This document shows positions 29,427-39,642 of a stretch of 64,000 nt of DNA, piece by piece; positions within the stretch are counted from its first letter, which is position 1, and every line of letters begins with the position of its first letter. Location: contig CAVTRY010000011.1 of NCBI GenBank assembly GCA_963737265.1, positions 352,001 to 416,000 on the forward strand, read 5' to 3'. The position numbers and the translations under genes are program-made. This DNA is from an uncultured delta proteobacterium. GTDB lineage: Bacteria; Myxococcota_A; Polyangia; Fen-1088. The notes beneath the pieces were generated by a model, which saw nothing but the letters and a program-made list of their open reading frames with translations, was not told the origin of the DNA and made no database searches.

Positions 29427-30557
29427 ATGGCAAATCTGCTCTTTTCGTCGTTTCGCATCGGCAACTTGCAGCTCGAGAACCGCCTGGTATCGCTGCCGCT
29501 CTACCTGGCCTATCCCGACGTTGATCACCAGGTGAACGCTCTCGTCCTCGACTATTACGCTGAAATGGCCGCCTCCGGCGTGGGCCTCGTGGTGGTGGAA
29601 AACGCGACCGTTGCGCCCTGCGGGCTCTGCAATCCGCGTACGCTGCTGACTGCGGACGAGAATGGGGACGAAAGGTTCGTTCCTGGTTTGACCCGCCTAG
29701 CGGAGACGATTCACCGGAACGGCGCCAAGGCGGTGCTCCAAATTCATCACGCCGGCCGCTACGCCAAGCGACCCGATCGCGTGGCGCCGTCCGCGGTCCC
29801 AACCTGGGGCGCCGTGCCCAAGGCCATGGACGACGCCGACATCGCGAACACCATCGCCGCATTTGCGGTGGGCGCTCGCCACGCGCACGCGGCCGGCTTC
29901 GATGCGGTCGAGTTGCACGGTGGAACCGGATATCTGCTGCCGCAATTTCTTTCGCCGAGAACCAACTTGCGCCAGGACGCGTACGGCGGCGACCCCGAAC
30001 GGCGCATGCGTTTTCCCCTTGAGGTCGTGACCGCAGTTCGCAAGGCGGTCGGCGACGACTATCCCGTTGGCTACCGTTTTCTCGCCGACGAATACGTCCC
30101 GGGCGGCTTGACCTTGGCGGACACCGTTCCGTTCGCCAAACGCCTCGCCCAGCACGGCATCGCGTACTTGTCGGTCATGACCGGCTGCTACGACTCGTTC
30201 GCGCTGCCGGCTTACGTCGACGATGATCGTAAGGAGGCGTTCATGGTGCCCTTCGCGCATGCGATCAAGCAGGCGGTGCCGAATCTGCCGATCATCGCCG
30301 CCGGCCGCATCCAGAGCCCGGCCATCGCTCTTGCCGTGCTTCGCGACGGCAAGGCCGACTTGGTCGGCTTGGCGAGAGTCCTTTTCGCCGATCCGCTGTG
30401 GCCGCGCAAAGCCCGCGGCGAGATCGCCCTCGGCATCAATCCCTGCCAGGAATCCTGCACCCTGTGCACCCGGCGCATCGTGGAGCAGAAACCGGCGTAT
30501 TGCGCACGCTGGACAGAAGATCGCCGTCAGCAGTTTCTCACGCGCGTCGGCGGCTGA
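29427..30557 (+). CDS. NADH:flavin oxidoreductase (old yellow enzyme family)
   Basis: QIHHAGR, AGFDAVELHGGTGYLLPQFLSPRTNLRQDAYGG, DLVGLAR, C-terminal CxxxCxxC. Confidence 0.9.
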   Translation: MANLLFSSFRIGNLQLENRLVSLPLYLAYPDVDHQVNALVLDYYAEMAASGVGLVVVENATVAPCGLCNPRTLLTADENGDERFVPGLTRLAETIHRNGAKAVLQIHHAGRYAKRPDRVAPSAVPTWGAVPKAMDDADIANTIAAFAVGARHAHAAGFDAVELHGGTGYLLPQFLSPRTNLRQDAYGGDPERRMRFPLEVVTAVRKAVGDDYPVGYRFLADEYVPGGLTLADTVPFAKRLAQHGIAYLSVMTGCYDSFALPAYVDDDRKEAFMVPFAHAIKQAVPNLPIIAAGRIQSPAIALAVLRDGKADLVGLARVLFADPLWPRKARGEIALGINPCQESCTLCTRRIVEQKPAYCARWTEDRRQQFLTRVGG

Positions 30558-30599
30558 AGCGATACCAAATGGCAGGGCAGTCAAACGGTCCGACAGCGT

Positions 30600-31865
30600 T
30601 TGTATGTATCTGGTGGGCCAGACCAAGGTCATCCAATGCAACATTCGCGACATCACCGAGCGCAAGCGCACCGAGGAGGAGCGCAGTAGGAAGGCTTGAA
30701 CGGCAGCTCCAGGTGTCTCAAAAGATGGAGGCCATCGGCATGCCTCGCGGGCGGCGTAGCGCACGACTTCAACAATCTGCTTTCCGTGATCCTAAGCTAC
30801 ACCGAGTTCGCCATGCTGGATCTACGCGAGGGCGACCCGCTCAAGGACGATCTCCTTGAGGTGAAGAAAGGCCGGCGATCGGGCGGCCGTGCTGACCCGG
30901 CAGCTCCTGGCCTTTGGCCGCAAGCAGTGCTGCAGCCCGTGTCCGCTGAATCTGAATCAGGTTGCCGAGGGAATCGAGAAGATGCTTCGGCGGATCCTCG
31001 GCGAGGACATCGACTTCGTCCAGGTCCTTGCGCCCGACCTCGGCGTGGTGCGAGCCGATCCGGGCCAGATCGAGCAAGTGCTGATGAATTTGGTGGTCAA
31101 TGCTCGCGACGCCATGTCCGAGGGAGGCAAGCTGACCATCGAGACATCGAACGCGAATCTCGATGAGGAATTCACCGCGCACCACGTGGCGGTCGTACCC
31201 GGCCCCTACGTCCGGCTCGCCGTAACGGACACCGGTTGCGGCATGGGCGAGCAGACCAAGGCGCAACTCTTCGAGCCGTTCTTCACCACCAAGGAGAAGG
31301 GCAAGGGGACCGGACTCGGACTGTCTACCGTGTACGGCATCGTCAAACAGAGCGGTGGCAACATCTGGGTCCACAGCCGAGCAGCGCCTGGGCACGACGT
31401 TCAAGATCTATTTTCTGCGGGAATTCTCGCTCAAAGTGACGTCCACCCGACTGTCAGCCATCCTGCAGCCAGCTACGGGGGAACGGAAACCATCCTGGTG
31501 GTCGAGGACGAAGAGGCGATGCGGAAGGTGGCGATGCGATCCCTTGAGGCGGCCGGCTACAAGGTCCTGGTCGCCGCGGGTGGCGACGAGGCGCTGCGGA
31601 TCGCAGCGGAGCACGCTGGCCACATCCATCTCCTTCTCGCCGACATGGTCATGCCGAGGATGAGCGGCAGAGCCCTGGCGCAAGAATTTCGAAGACGCAT
31701 CGGACCGCCAAGGTCATGTACATGTCGGGCTACACCGGCAATGCATTCGCGGACGCCGGCGGCGTCGAGGAAGGAACGCATTTCATCGCCAAGCCCTTTA
31801 CCGCAAGCGACCTGGCGCACAAGGTTCGCCAGGTTTTGGACTGCGGCAGCGACGAGGCACCCTGA
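30600..31865 (+). pseudogene. Fragmented hybrid PAS histidine kinase/response regulator (CckA-like)
   Basis: RDITERKR, QKMEAIG, LAGGVAHDFNNLL, QIEQVLMNLVVNARDAM, FEPFFTTK..GTGLGL and ILVVEDE spread over several frames; N-terminus missing. Confidence 0.8.
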
Positions 31866-31889
31866 CGTGCGCGCGAAAGCTTGCAACCG

Positions 31890-33318
31890 TCACGTCGCGC
31901 CTTCTCCTCGCCAGGCACCGAGCGCGATACACAGAGCGCCGACGACAAACGAGTAGTAGTTGCAGAACGCCTGCTTGTTGAACGCGAAGAACGCGAAGAA
32001 CACGAACGCGATCGCCGTCGCGAACCCGGCAGGCGTTCGCGGGCAACGCCGCCAGGCCAGCAGGGCCGCGGCCGCCGCCGCGACGAAGCCGCACGCGCTC
32101 GGCAACCGCCCGCCCGTGACGTACGCGAACGCGGCCAGGAAGCTCAAAGCGTCGTTTCGGAAGGGCTGGTGAACCTGAAGTGCCACTACGTCGTGGATGA
32201 AGGCGGGCAGGTCCAAAAACGCGAATGGCAGCGTCACGATGGCCGCGACCGCGATCGCCGGGCCCGCCACAGAAACAACCCAGCGCCACCTGGTTTGGTC
32301 TTCGGGTCTTGCAGGTCGCAGCAAGGGGATCAGCGGCAGCCCCAAGATCATGTACTGCTTGCATGCCAGCAGCAACCCGAGCGCGACGCCTAGCCCGGCA
32401 CGAAAGCGGCAAGCACAAAATACAACCAGCGCTAGCAACGCCACTACGAAAGGCTCTGTCCAGCCTTGTTCAAGGACAAAGAAGCCGCGCGGCGAAAACA
32501 GATAAAGCGCCGCCGCCGCGAGCCCGATGCGACCGCCGCGGGCCAGCGCGATGAACGTTCCGCTGGCCGTCACGGCGATGAGCTGGGAATAGCGGAAGTC
32601 GCCGCCGAGGAGCGCGCCGGGTACCGCGAGCAACAGACTGAGCGTTGGGTAGGGAAAACCGAACTGCAGGCGGCCGCCCACCGACATTCCCGGTCCGTAA
32701 TAGTCGGAGGTGTCGCGGTAGATATTCGGGAACGTGAGTCTGTAGGGGTTGTGCCCGTCGAGGAGGGCGGCGATTGCTTCGCGGTGGAACGTCACGACGT
32801 CGATGCGTGGATCGGGCGAGTGCCTGAGCACCCAGGCGCCGAGGAGCAGGTGAAGCAAGAGGACCCCGAGCAGCGCCAGGCGGAGGCGTCGATGCTCGAA
32901 TCGACTCCGAAGCGAGGAGCGCTAACGCTAGCAGAGCTCCGAGGATCCCGATGCCCGCGAGAAACGGCGCGCGCGCCGTGAGCCCGCGGACATCGAGATA
33001 GATGCCAGGCGGACACACGAGCTGTGCCACAAGTACGAGCGCCAGGGCGACCCGAAGGGATCGCTCGATGTGGGCATCGGTGCGTGCAATGGGGCGTCCC
33101 GAGGGACGCCTCCACAGCGCCCAACCGCAGGTGAGCAGGCTCGCGGCCATGACCACGAAGCCGGCCGGTTCGAGTCGCCCATTGTGGAACTGCAGCGCAA
33201 TGGCCAGTGCAGCGGCCGTCACCGTGAGAGCGACGGCTCGCTCAGCCGGTCCGTCGGGCGAAGCCGACGCTCGGGGCGATGGCGAGACGACCGGAGCGAT
33301 GGTCAGCGGGGTCGGCAT
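31890..33318 (-). CDS. Polytopic membrane protein, GT-C (GT87-like) glycosyltransferase; frameshift near 32900
   Basis: PRIDVVTF, GHNPY, GFPYP, EQGWTEP, ACKQY, NKQAFCNYY; N- and C-terminal halves in different frames. Confidence 0.65.
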
Positions 33319-33468
33319 CCGAGGCGTCTACCCCAACTTCGGTCGTGAGCCAAACCGGATTTCATCCCGTGATGACCGAATCGACGCGTGCAGGAGCTCC
33401 GGCCAGGCCCATTCCCTGACTGTCAGTCGAACCAACCCACCTGCGCGCTGATCGTGTAGCCTGTTTCA

Positions 33469-34695
33469 ATGATGGTCACGTCCAAGTTGACGACGCTCAT
33501 GCCCTGGTGGGTCGGGATCGCCATCGCAGCCAGCCTCGCGTTCTCCCGCGGATCTCTCGCAGCCGGAAACGAACCCGCGCGAATTCGCGTGGCGGCGACG
33601 CTTGTCGACGAGGTCGTTCGCGGTTTGTTGCCTATCGTCCTACTCGCCCCGCTACCTGTCCCGCCCGGAGCAAGGGACGGAGAAGCGTCTCTGGCAGAAC
33701 TACAATACTGCGGGGCGGGCGAGAAGGGCGCTGGCCATTTTCGCGCCGTGATTCGCCTCGGCGCGGGCGCCCGCGCGACCTCGCTGTTGCCGAGCGAAAA
33801 GGCGTGCGGCCAGACCCTGGCGGAGGCGGCGAAGCACGTGCCCATCGATCCTGAAACGGCGGGTGAAGTCGCGCTCGCCGATGTAGAGGCGACGTGGAAG
33901 CCCTGGGAGCTGAAGCTGGTGGTTACGCGGGTGCTCGGGCTCGGGGCTGCCCGCTCCGGGCGCTCTCGGCTCATCGCCGGGCTGGAGAGCCAGCGCGAGC
34001 TGCTTGCCATCTCCACCGCAGACTTTCGCTTCGATACCGGCGCGGGCGACACCATTGCCCTTCACGCCGCGCCCATGTTTTTCGCTTCCGCCATCGACGT
34101 CGCAATTGGCCTGCATGAAAAGGGCAGCCCTTCACCTGTCGCTGCGCGAACCGGTTCGGTTGATTCTCGTTCCTCCGCTGCCAACGTCGCCGCCGACGTG
34201 CCGATGGCCTTCTTGAATCAGCTTCTTCGACAATTGACATGGTCCAAGCCCTTGGCGACTCCCGTGAACGGCGAGACCATCGATCTTCAACATCTGTCGG
34301 TCGCCTGGGAAGGCGCTGGCCTGGCCGTGACCGGCGATGCCACGCCGCGATCAATTGGCGAAACGGTTCGCGTGACCATCGGTTTGCGTGGCGAGGATCT
34401 GGCGGTGAGCTCGGTTCGCGCGGAAGCCCGCTTGGAAGACTGCGCGGGTCAGGGCGGCTTGGCCGGCGTCGGCTGCAACCTGCAAAACGTCGCCCGCAAT
34501 GCCGCCGCCGACGCCTTCGCATCGGCGTTGACCCGGCGTCTTCAGGGTGCGCTGGTGCGCGAGCTGGCGAGCCCGCAGGAGTTTCGCTTCACCGTGGCCG
34601 GCCGCAGGTTGGTCCTGCGCGGCGATTGGCTGCGCCTCGGCTTTGGCGCCTGCGGGCTGTCGGCCACCGCGCGCCTGAAAAGCGGCGACGATTAG
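33469..34695 (+). CDS. Hypothetical exported protein
   Basis: 408-aa ORF with signal-peptide-like N-terminus; no family recognised. Confidence 0.55.
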   Translation: MMVTSKLTTLMPWWVGIAIAASLAFSRGSLAAGNEPARIRVAATLVDEVVRGLLPIVLLAPLPVPPGARDGEASLAELQYCGAGEKGAGHFRAVIRLGAGARATSLLPSEKACGQTLAEAAKHVPIDPETAGEVALADVEATWKPWELKLVVTRVLGLGAARSGRSRLIAGLESQRELLAISTADFRFDTGAGDTIALHAAPMFFASAIDVAIGLHEKGSPSPVAARTGSVDSRSSAANVAADVPMAFLNQLLRQLTWSKPLATPVNGETIDLQHLSVAWEGAGLAVTGDATPRSIGETVRVTIGLRGEDLAVSSVRAEARLEDCAGQGGLAGVGCNLQNVARNAAADAFASALTRRLQGALVRELASPQEFRFTVAGRRLVLRGDWLRLGFGACGLSATARLKSGDD

Positions 34696-35054
34696 GGCGC
34701 GACCGCGGGCGCGCGACCGCGCAACCAGGCGGTAATTTCGGCCACCTGGTGTTCGTCGAGCTTCCCCTTATACGACGGCATCATGCCTGGCCCCTTGAAG
34801 ATGACCTCCGCGATCGCCTGATCCGTCATCTTGGGAGTCTCCTTCGTCAGATTAGGACCACGCCAAGTTCCAGTTGCGTCCCCATTGTGGCACTTGTAGC
34901 AGGTGACGTCGGCAATGGTCTGGCCGTTGAAGATCATCTGGCCTGGATCCGTCACCCTATCTTTGGGCGTTTGGGTTCCAGCGCATGAAACGAAAACACC
35001 CAGCAGCACCAGCGAGCCCACGGCGGTCCCACGAAATGCATTTGTTTTGTCCAT
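34692..35054 (-). CDS. Monohaem cytochrome c lipoprotein
   Basis: Lipobox FVSC, CYKCH haem motif, GPNL, GMMPSY axial Met. Confidence 0.88.
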   Translation of the reverse strand: MDKTNAFRGTAVGSLVLLGVFVSCAGTQTPKDRVTDPGQMIFNGQTIADVTCYKCHNGDATGTWRGPNLTKETPKMTDQAIAEVIFKGPGMMPSYKGKLDEHQVAEITAWLRGRAPAVAP

Positions 35055-35144
35055 AACGCAAAGCCTGACCACCGGTCATCTCGTCTGCAAGTCGCAATCA
35101 CATGGAAGGCCGGGGGGTGGCTGGCGGTTTTCCGCAGGCGAGCT

Positions 35145-36257
35145 TCACCGGCGACATGGGGAAGGCTTCCGCGACAGAGGGCGCGCCGTCCGCCAATCGC
35201 GCCAGTCTACCATCACGAGCTTCGCCATCCGCTTGACCGCCTTGTGCAGCCAGCCCGCGGGTCGCTTGGCGAGATCGCGCGCAATGGCGCCGCGGGCACC
35301 CTTGCTCCCGAGATGGATGTTGGCCGTTTCGTATCCCATCGCATGGAGGAGCATGGACTCGTCATGTCCCGCGGGGAGATCGGCCAGCTCGACACGGGTG
35401 CAATCAGGTGCCAGGCGGCGAACGATCCAATTGCCCTGTACGCCCACAAACGGATCGGGCACGCGAACGGCGTCTTCGATGATGTCCTGATAGTAGGTTT
35501 TGGGCTGGCCGGTCTGCGCCCGCTCCAGCAAACACGCGGAAGGCGCTAGTGCCTTCGCCTCGCGGGCAATCCGCCCGCCCCTCCAGTCGGACAGGGCGAC
35601 GAAGCGTTGACGTCCGAGGCTGCCCAGGCCGGCAACGCGGTGGACGATTCGGCTCTTCAAATTGAGCTCTGGCAAGAGATGCTGGAGCGCGCTTCTGGCA
35701 TCCTTCGGTATCGTGGCTGTTGAAGTGGAGATGCCGTCGAGCTTCTTCCAAAACGTCACCGGGTCACGCAGCTTGCCCAGCATGATCCTGCGTAGCCAGT
35801 CGTGGCTCTCGGCGAGCACGAACGGTCCGCCCCCCGCACCAAGGGCTTCGCGGTATCCGGCCAAGATCGAATCGCAGGCGCGCTTTCGCCCGAGGGACAG
35901 GTGCTCGCTCTGCACCGCGAGGTGAGCGCTGGTCGCCAGCCGAACGAGATCGATGGTCCAGGGCAGCGGAAACGCCTCGTCGAAGTCGTTCACGCCCCAG
36001 ATGAGTCGCCCCTCGCGGTCCCGCCACGTGCCAAAATTCTCCACGTGCAGATCGCCGACCGCCAGCACGGTGGGCGCTTCGGCCAAATCGGGGCACGTCT
36101 TGGGCCAAAGTTGCATCCAGCGATAGAAGGTGGCGCGGAAAAAGCAAAACACGTTCGACGCCATCAAGTCGTGTTTGCGTTTGACGTCGGCGCGAATCAG
36201 TTCCAGCTGCTGGCCGAGCCAACGCTCGTAGAGGAGAGTCGCTTTGCTGATGTCCAT
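35145..36257 (-). CDS. DUF2252 family protein (kinase-like fold)
   Basis: FFRATFY, GDLHVENFG, GVNDFDEA, RVAGLGSLGR. Confidence 0.85.
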   Translation of the reverse strand: MDISKATLLYERWLGQQLELIRADVKRKHDLMASNVFCFFRATFYRWMQLWPKTCPDLAEAPTVLAVGDLHVENFGTWRDREGRLIWGVNDFDEAFPLPWTIDLVRLATSAHLAVQSEHLSLGRKRACDSILAGYREALGAGGGPFVLAESHDWLRRIMLGKLRDPVTFWKKLDGISTSTATIPKDARSALQHLLPELNLKSRIVHRVAGLGSLGRQRFVALSDWRGGRIAREAKALAPSACLLERAQTGQPKTYYQDIIEDAVRVPDPFVGVQGNWIVRRLAPDCTRVELADLPAGHDESMLLHAMGYETANIHLGSKGARGAIARDLAKRPAGWLHKAVKRMAKLVMVDWRDWRTARPLSRKPSPCRR

Positions 36258-36357
36258 TGCACCAAGCCTATCACCAGGAATTGCGAGCGCGAGCTTGCCC
36301 CATCGCAATCAGATCGGCTGACGAGGCTGTTTGCCTGGCCTCACTTCGAGGCTGACA

Positions 36358-36417
36358 ACTCAAGACGTGTCCATAAATGGACCCGTCTTGAAGATCGTTG
36401 AAGGGAGGGCCGCGGCC
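36358..36417. repeat. 60-bp palindromic element, copy 2 (inverted relative to 13373-13432)
   Basis: actcaagacgtgtccataaatggacccgtcttgaagatcgttgaagggagggccgcggcc, 7 bp beyond the dnaA stop. Confidence 0.85.
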
Positions 36418-36424
36418 GGCGACG

Positions 36425-37804
36425 CTAGCGCTGGCGCAACCGGGTGGTCAGGGTTGAAATCACGCTGCGCAGGCTCGGGTCGGTCACGATCGTTCGCTCA
36501 ATCTTGCGAAAAGCGCTGATGACCGTGGAATGATCGCGTCCGCCAAAACGGCTGCCGATCTCCGGGTAGCTGGTGGCGGTGAGCTGGCGCGCCAGGTACA
36601 TCGCGATCATGCGCGGATTGGCGACGGCACGGTGCCGCTTGGGTCCACGCAGGTCATTCAGACTGACCTCGAAGTACGCCGCGACTTCACGCTGAATGGC
36701 CTCGATGCTGAGGCCGGTCGGTCCGGAGGAGGCGAGGGTCTTGAGGATCTCCTCGGCAAATTCCTTGGTGATGGTGCAGCCGGTGAGCGACGAACGGGCG
36801 GAGAGCTGCACCAGGGCGCCTTCCAGCTCTCGCACGTTGGACCGCACGTAGGTAGCGATGGTCAGCGCCACGTCGTCGGGCAGGTCGATATTGTCGAGCT
36901 CGGCCTTGCGCTTGACGATGGCCATGCGGGTTTCGAGATCGGGGTGGCCAATTTCAGTGATGAGGCCCCAGGTGAAGCGACTGCGCAGCCGCTCTTCGAG
37001 ACCGGCCAACTCGGCGGGCAGCTTGTCGCAGGTGAGAACGATCTGCTTGTGCGCGTGGTGGAGCGCATTGAAGGTGTAGAAGAACTCGTCCTGGGAGCTG
37101 TCCTTGCCCGAGAGGAATTGGACGTCGTCAACCAAGAGAACGTCGGGCGCCTCGCGGTAGCGGGCGCGGAACTCCTCCATCAAATTGACACCGTAGCCGT
37201 GACCGTTGCCGGACTGGCGGCGCTGGTTCAGCATCGATCCCACGAAACCGGAGACAAACTGCTCGCAGGTGACGACCGTGATGTTCCAGTCCGGGTGTTT
37301 GCGGTGGATTTCGTGGCCGATGGCATGAAGAAGGTGGGTCTTGCCCAGCCCGACGCCGCCGTAGATGAAGAGCGGGTTGTACTTGGACGCCGGCTCTTCG
37401 GCGACCATGCGCGCCGCCGCGTGGGCAAACTGATTGGTCTGACCGACCACGAAGTTGTCGAAGCTGTAGCGGTTATCGAGTCCCTTGGGGCTCTCCGTCG
37501 GGGCACGCCGCTCGTCGACGGGAGTTGGCTCGACGGAAATCTGGGCAGCGTCCTTCGGGGCGACCTCTTCCACGATTTCGAAGTCTACCGAAAATGCGGT
37601 CTGACTTCGACTTTTGAGGTCGGAAAGAATCGCGGGCAGGTAGTGATCCTCGAACCACTCCTTCTGATAGCGGTTGGGCGCGCGTAAATGGATGCGGTCG
37701 GCTTCGATCGCGACGCAGGTGATGGGGCGCAGCCACTGATCGCGCTGGGTTGGCTTGACTTTTTCTTCCACCGCTCGGACGGCTTCGCCCCAGATTTCTA
37801 GCAT
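36425..37804 (-). CDS. dnaA: Chromosomal replication initiator DnaA
   Basis: YSFDNFVVG, YNPLFIYGGVGLGKTHLL, VDDVQFL, RLRSRF, SNVRELEGAL, FGGRDHSTV. Confidence 0.95.
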   Translation of the reverse strand: MLEIWGEAVRAVEEKVKPTQRDQWLRPITCVAIEADRIHLRAPNRYQKEWFEDHYLPAILSDLKSRSQTAFSVDFEIVEEVAPKDAAQISVEPTPVDERRAPTESPKGLDNRYSFDNFVVGQTNQFAHAAARMVAEEPASKYNPLFIYGGVGLGKTHLLHAIGHEIHRKHPDWNITVVTCEQFVSGFVGSMLNQRRQSGNGHGYGVNLMEEFRARYREAPDVLLVDDVQFLSGKDSSQDEFFYTFNALHHAHKQIVLTCDKLPAELAGLEERLRSRFTWGLITEIGHPDLETRMAIVKRKAELDNIDLPDDVALTIATYVRSNVRELEGALVQLSARSSLTGCTITKEFAEEILKTLASSGPTGLSIEAIQREVAAYFEVSLNDLRGPKRHRAVANPRMIAMYLARQLTATSYPEIGSRFGGRDHSTVISAFRKIERTIVTDPSLRSVISTLTTRLRQR

Positions 37805-38449
37805 GTGTTGTCCACCACCCTTGATTCTAAAAAACCGTAGCTATTGCGCGGAATTGCGCACACGAATCCACAATCTGCCAACAGCAGTCGCCAGGTGAAC
37901 TTCGGCTTTCCACACATGGGCCAAGCCATGAATCGTCACCGGCAGAGGGCTGTTACTACCAACCAGACCGGATGCCAGCAAGACCAAAAAAGAATTCTCT
38001 GCGAAGGGCCGGAGATCCGCGCCGATCGGCAGCTCGATTTTTGGACACGAACCTGTCGGCCGACCCTGGGCGACGCAGTCCAAGCTTCCAAATGCTAGGG
38101 ATCGTTAGGAAAATGAAAGGTGATGCTGGAGTCGATTTTCCCTGGTCCCCAGATTCTCGGCCAAGTCCCGTTGGCGAGAGCGCTAGCGGCCATGGCACGG
38201 GCTTTGGAACAACTTGATGACAAAATTGTGTCAAGTTTCCGACGGGATTCGCCACCCTGCACGCGCGGGATCCGCTCTTTACCGTCGGAAAGGCCTGCGA
38301 AGAAAGCGACGGATGCAGGGTTCAGCGGCGTTTGGCGAGCTTGGCGACGGGCGCGCGCGGAAAACATGCTTCGACATGGTCGCCGATGGACCGAACAGCC
38401 CTTCCTCGCGCCTCGGGCCGCTCGCAACTGCGCAATTTCACTCGGTCCG

Positions 38450-39565
38450 TCAACCCGTTCGATGCTCGAGGTGGCGCGCCACCTCGTCTGCGATGGCCAG
38501 ACACGAAGTGAGGCCGGGCGAGTCGATGCCGAAAAGGTTGAGCAATCCTGTCACGCCGTGGATCTCGCGGCCTTGCAACACGAAATCGATGAAGCCGGAG
38601 CCGGCGGGCCCGAGCTTGGGCCGCACTCCCACGAAGCCCGGCGCGAGCGCTCCGTCGGCGAGGCCGGGATAGTAGCGGCGAATGGCACGGTAGAAGGCGT
38701 CGGCGCGGTTTTCGTCGAAGGCGTAGCTGACCGCATCGACCCAGGTCGCGTCCGGGCCAAAGCGCAAGTTGCCCGCGAGATCCAGGGCAACGTGAATGCC
38801 GAGTCCGTCGGATCCGGGCAAGGGATAAACCAGCCGCCTGAACGGCGATGCACCGGAGACCGTGAAGTAATGGCCCCGGGCGAAGTAGGGCATGGGAACG
38901 AATTTTCTGTCCAAGCCGCGCAGGGAGCTAGCAACGGCCGGTGCGGAAAAACCGGCGGCATTCACCACCGTGCGAAAGCGAAAGCGGCCGGGATCGCTGC
39001 CGCCGATGTCGAGATCGATGCCGTCGTCCGCAAGCTCGCCGCCGGCAATCGGGCTGCCGAGCACGAGCTCACCGCCGGCACGGCGCACATCCTCGGCCAG
39101 CGCGCGCATCAGGCCGTGGCTGTCGACGAGCCCGGTGGACGGCGAAGCCAACGCGCGGACGCAAAATACCGACGGTTCCAGATGGAGCACCTGCTCGCGT
39201 TCGAGCCACGTCAGATCGTCGAGGCCGTTGGTGTGGCCCTGGGCCTTGTAGTGTTCGAGCTGCGGAATTTCCGCATCGTTGGTCGCGACGACGATCTTGC
39301 CGATGCGGCGCCAGGTGACGCCGCGGCTGGTGCAGTAGCTTTCGAGCAACCGACGGCCCTCGACGCACAGGCGCGCCTTGAGCGACCCCGTCGGGTAGTA
39401 GATCCCCGCGTGCATGACCTCGGAATTGCGCGAGCTCGTGTGCATGCCCGTGGCCCGCTCAGCCTCGAACAACACGACCTGACGGCCAAGCAGTGCGAGC
39501 TTGCTGGCGATGGCAAGCCCCACCACGCCGCCGCCGACGACCGCGCAATCAAGTCGTTCCGTCAT
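38450..39565 (-). CDS. FAD-dependent oxidoreductase, L-2-hydroxyglutarate oxidase (LhgO) family
   Basis: GGGVVG, TSSRNSEVMHAGIYY, GVRPKL, GIDSPGLTSC. Confidence 0.88.
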   Translation of the reverse strand: MTERLDCAVVGGGVVGLAIASKLALLGRQVVLFEAERATGMHTSSRNSEVMHAGIYYPTGSLKARLCVEGRRLLESYCTSRGVTWRRIGKIVVATNDAEIPQLEHYKAQGHTNGLDDLTWLEREQVLHLEPSVFCVRALASPSTGLVDSHGLMRALAEDVRRAGGELVLGSPIAGGELADDGIDLDIGGSDPGRFRFRTVVNAAGFSAPAVASSLRGLDRKFVPMPYFARGHYFTVSGASPFRRLVYPLPGSDGLGIHVALDLAGNLRFGPDATWVDAVSYAFDENRADAFYRAIRRYYPGLADGALAPGFVGVRPKLGPAGSGFIDFVLQGREIHGVTGLLNLFGIDSPGLTSCLAIADEVARHLEHRTG

Positions 39566-39642
39566 GGGCGCCGAGACTATCCCAAGTCGGAGCTTGCTGC
39601 CTCTCGCAGGAACCGGCAGACCGCGCTAGAGTCGGCCCGACC

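Noticed and set aside
37805-38449. Definite oriC
   Set aside because: No perfect TTATCCACA boxes and no clear AT-rich unwinding element
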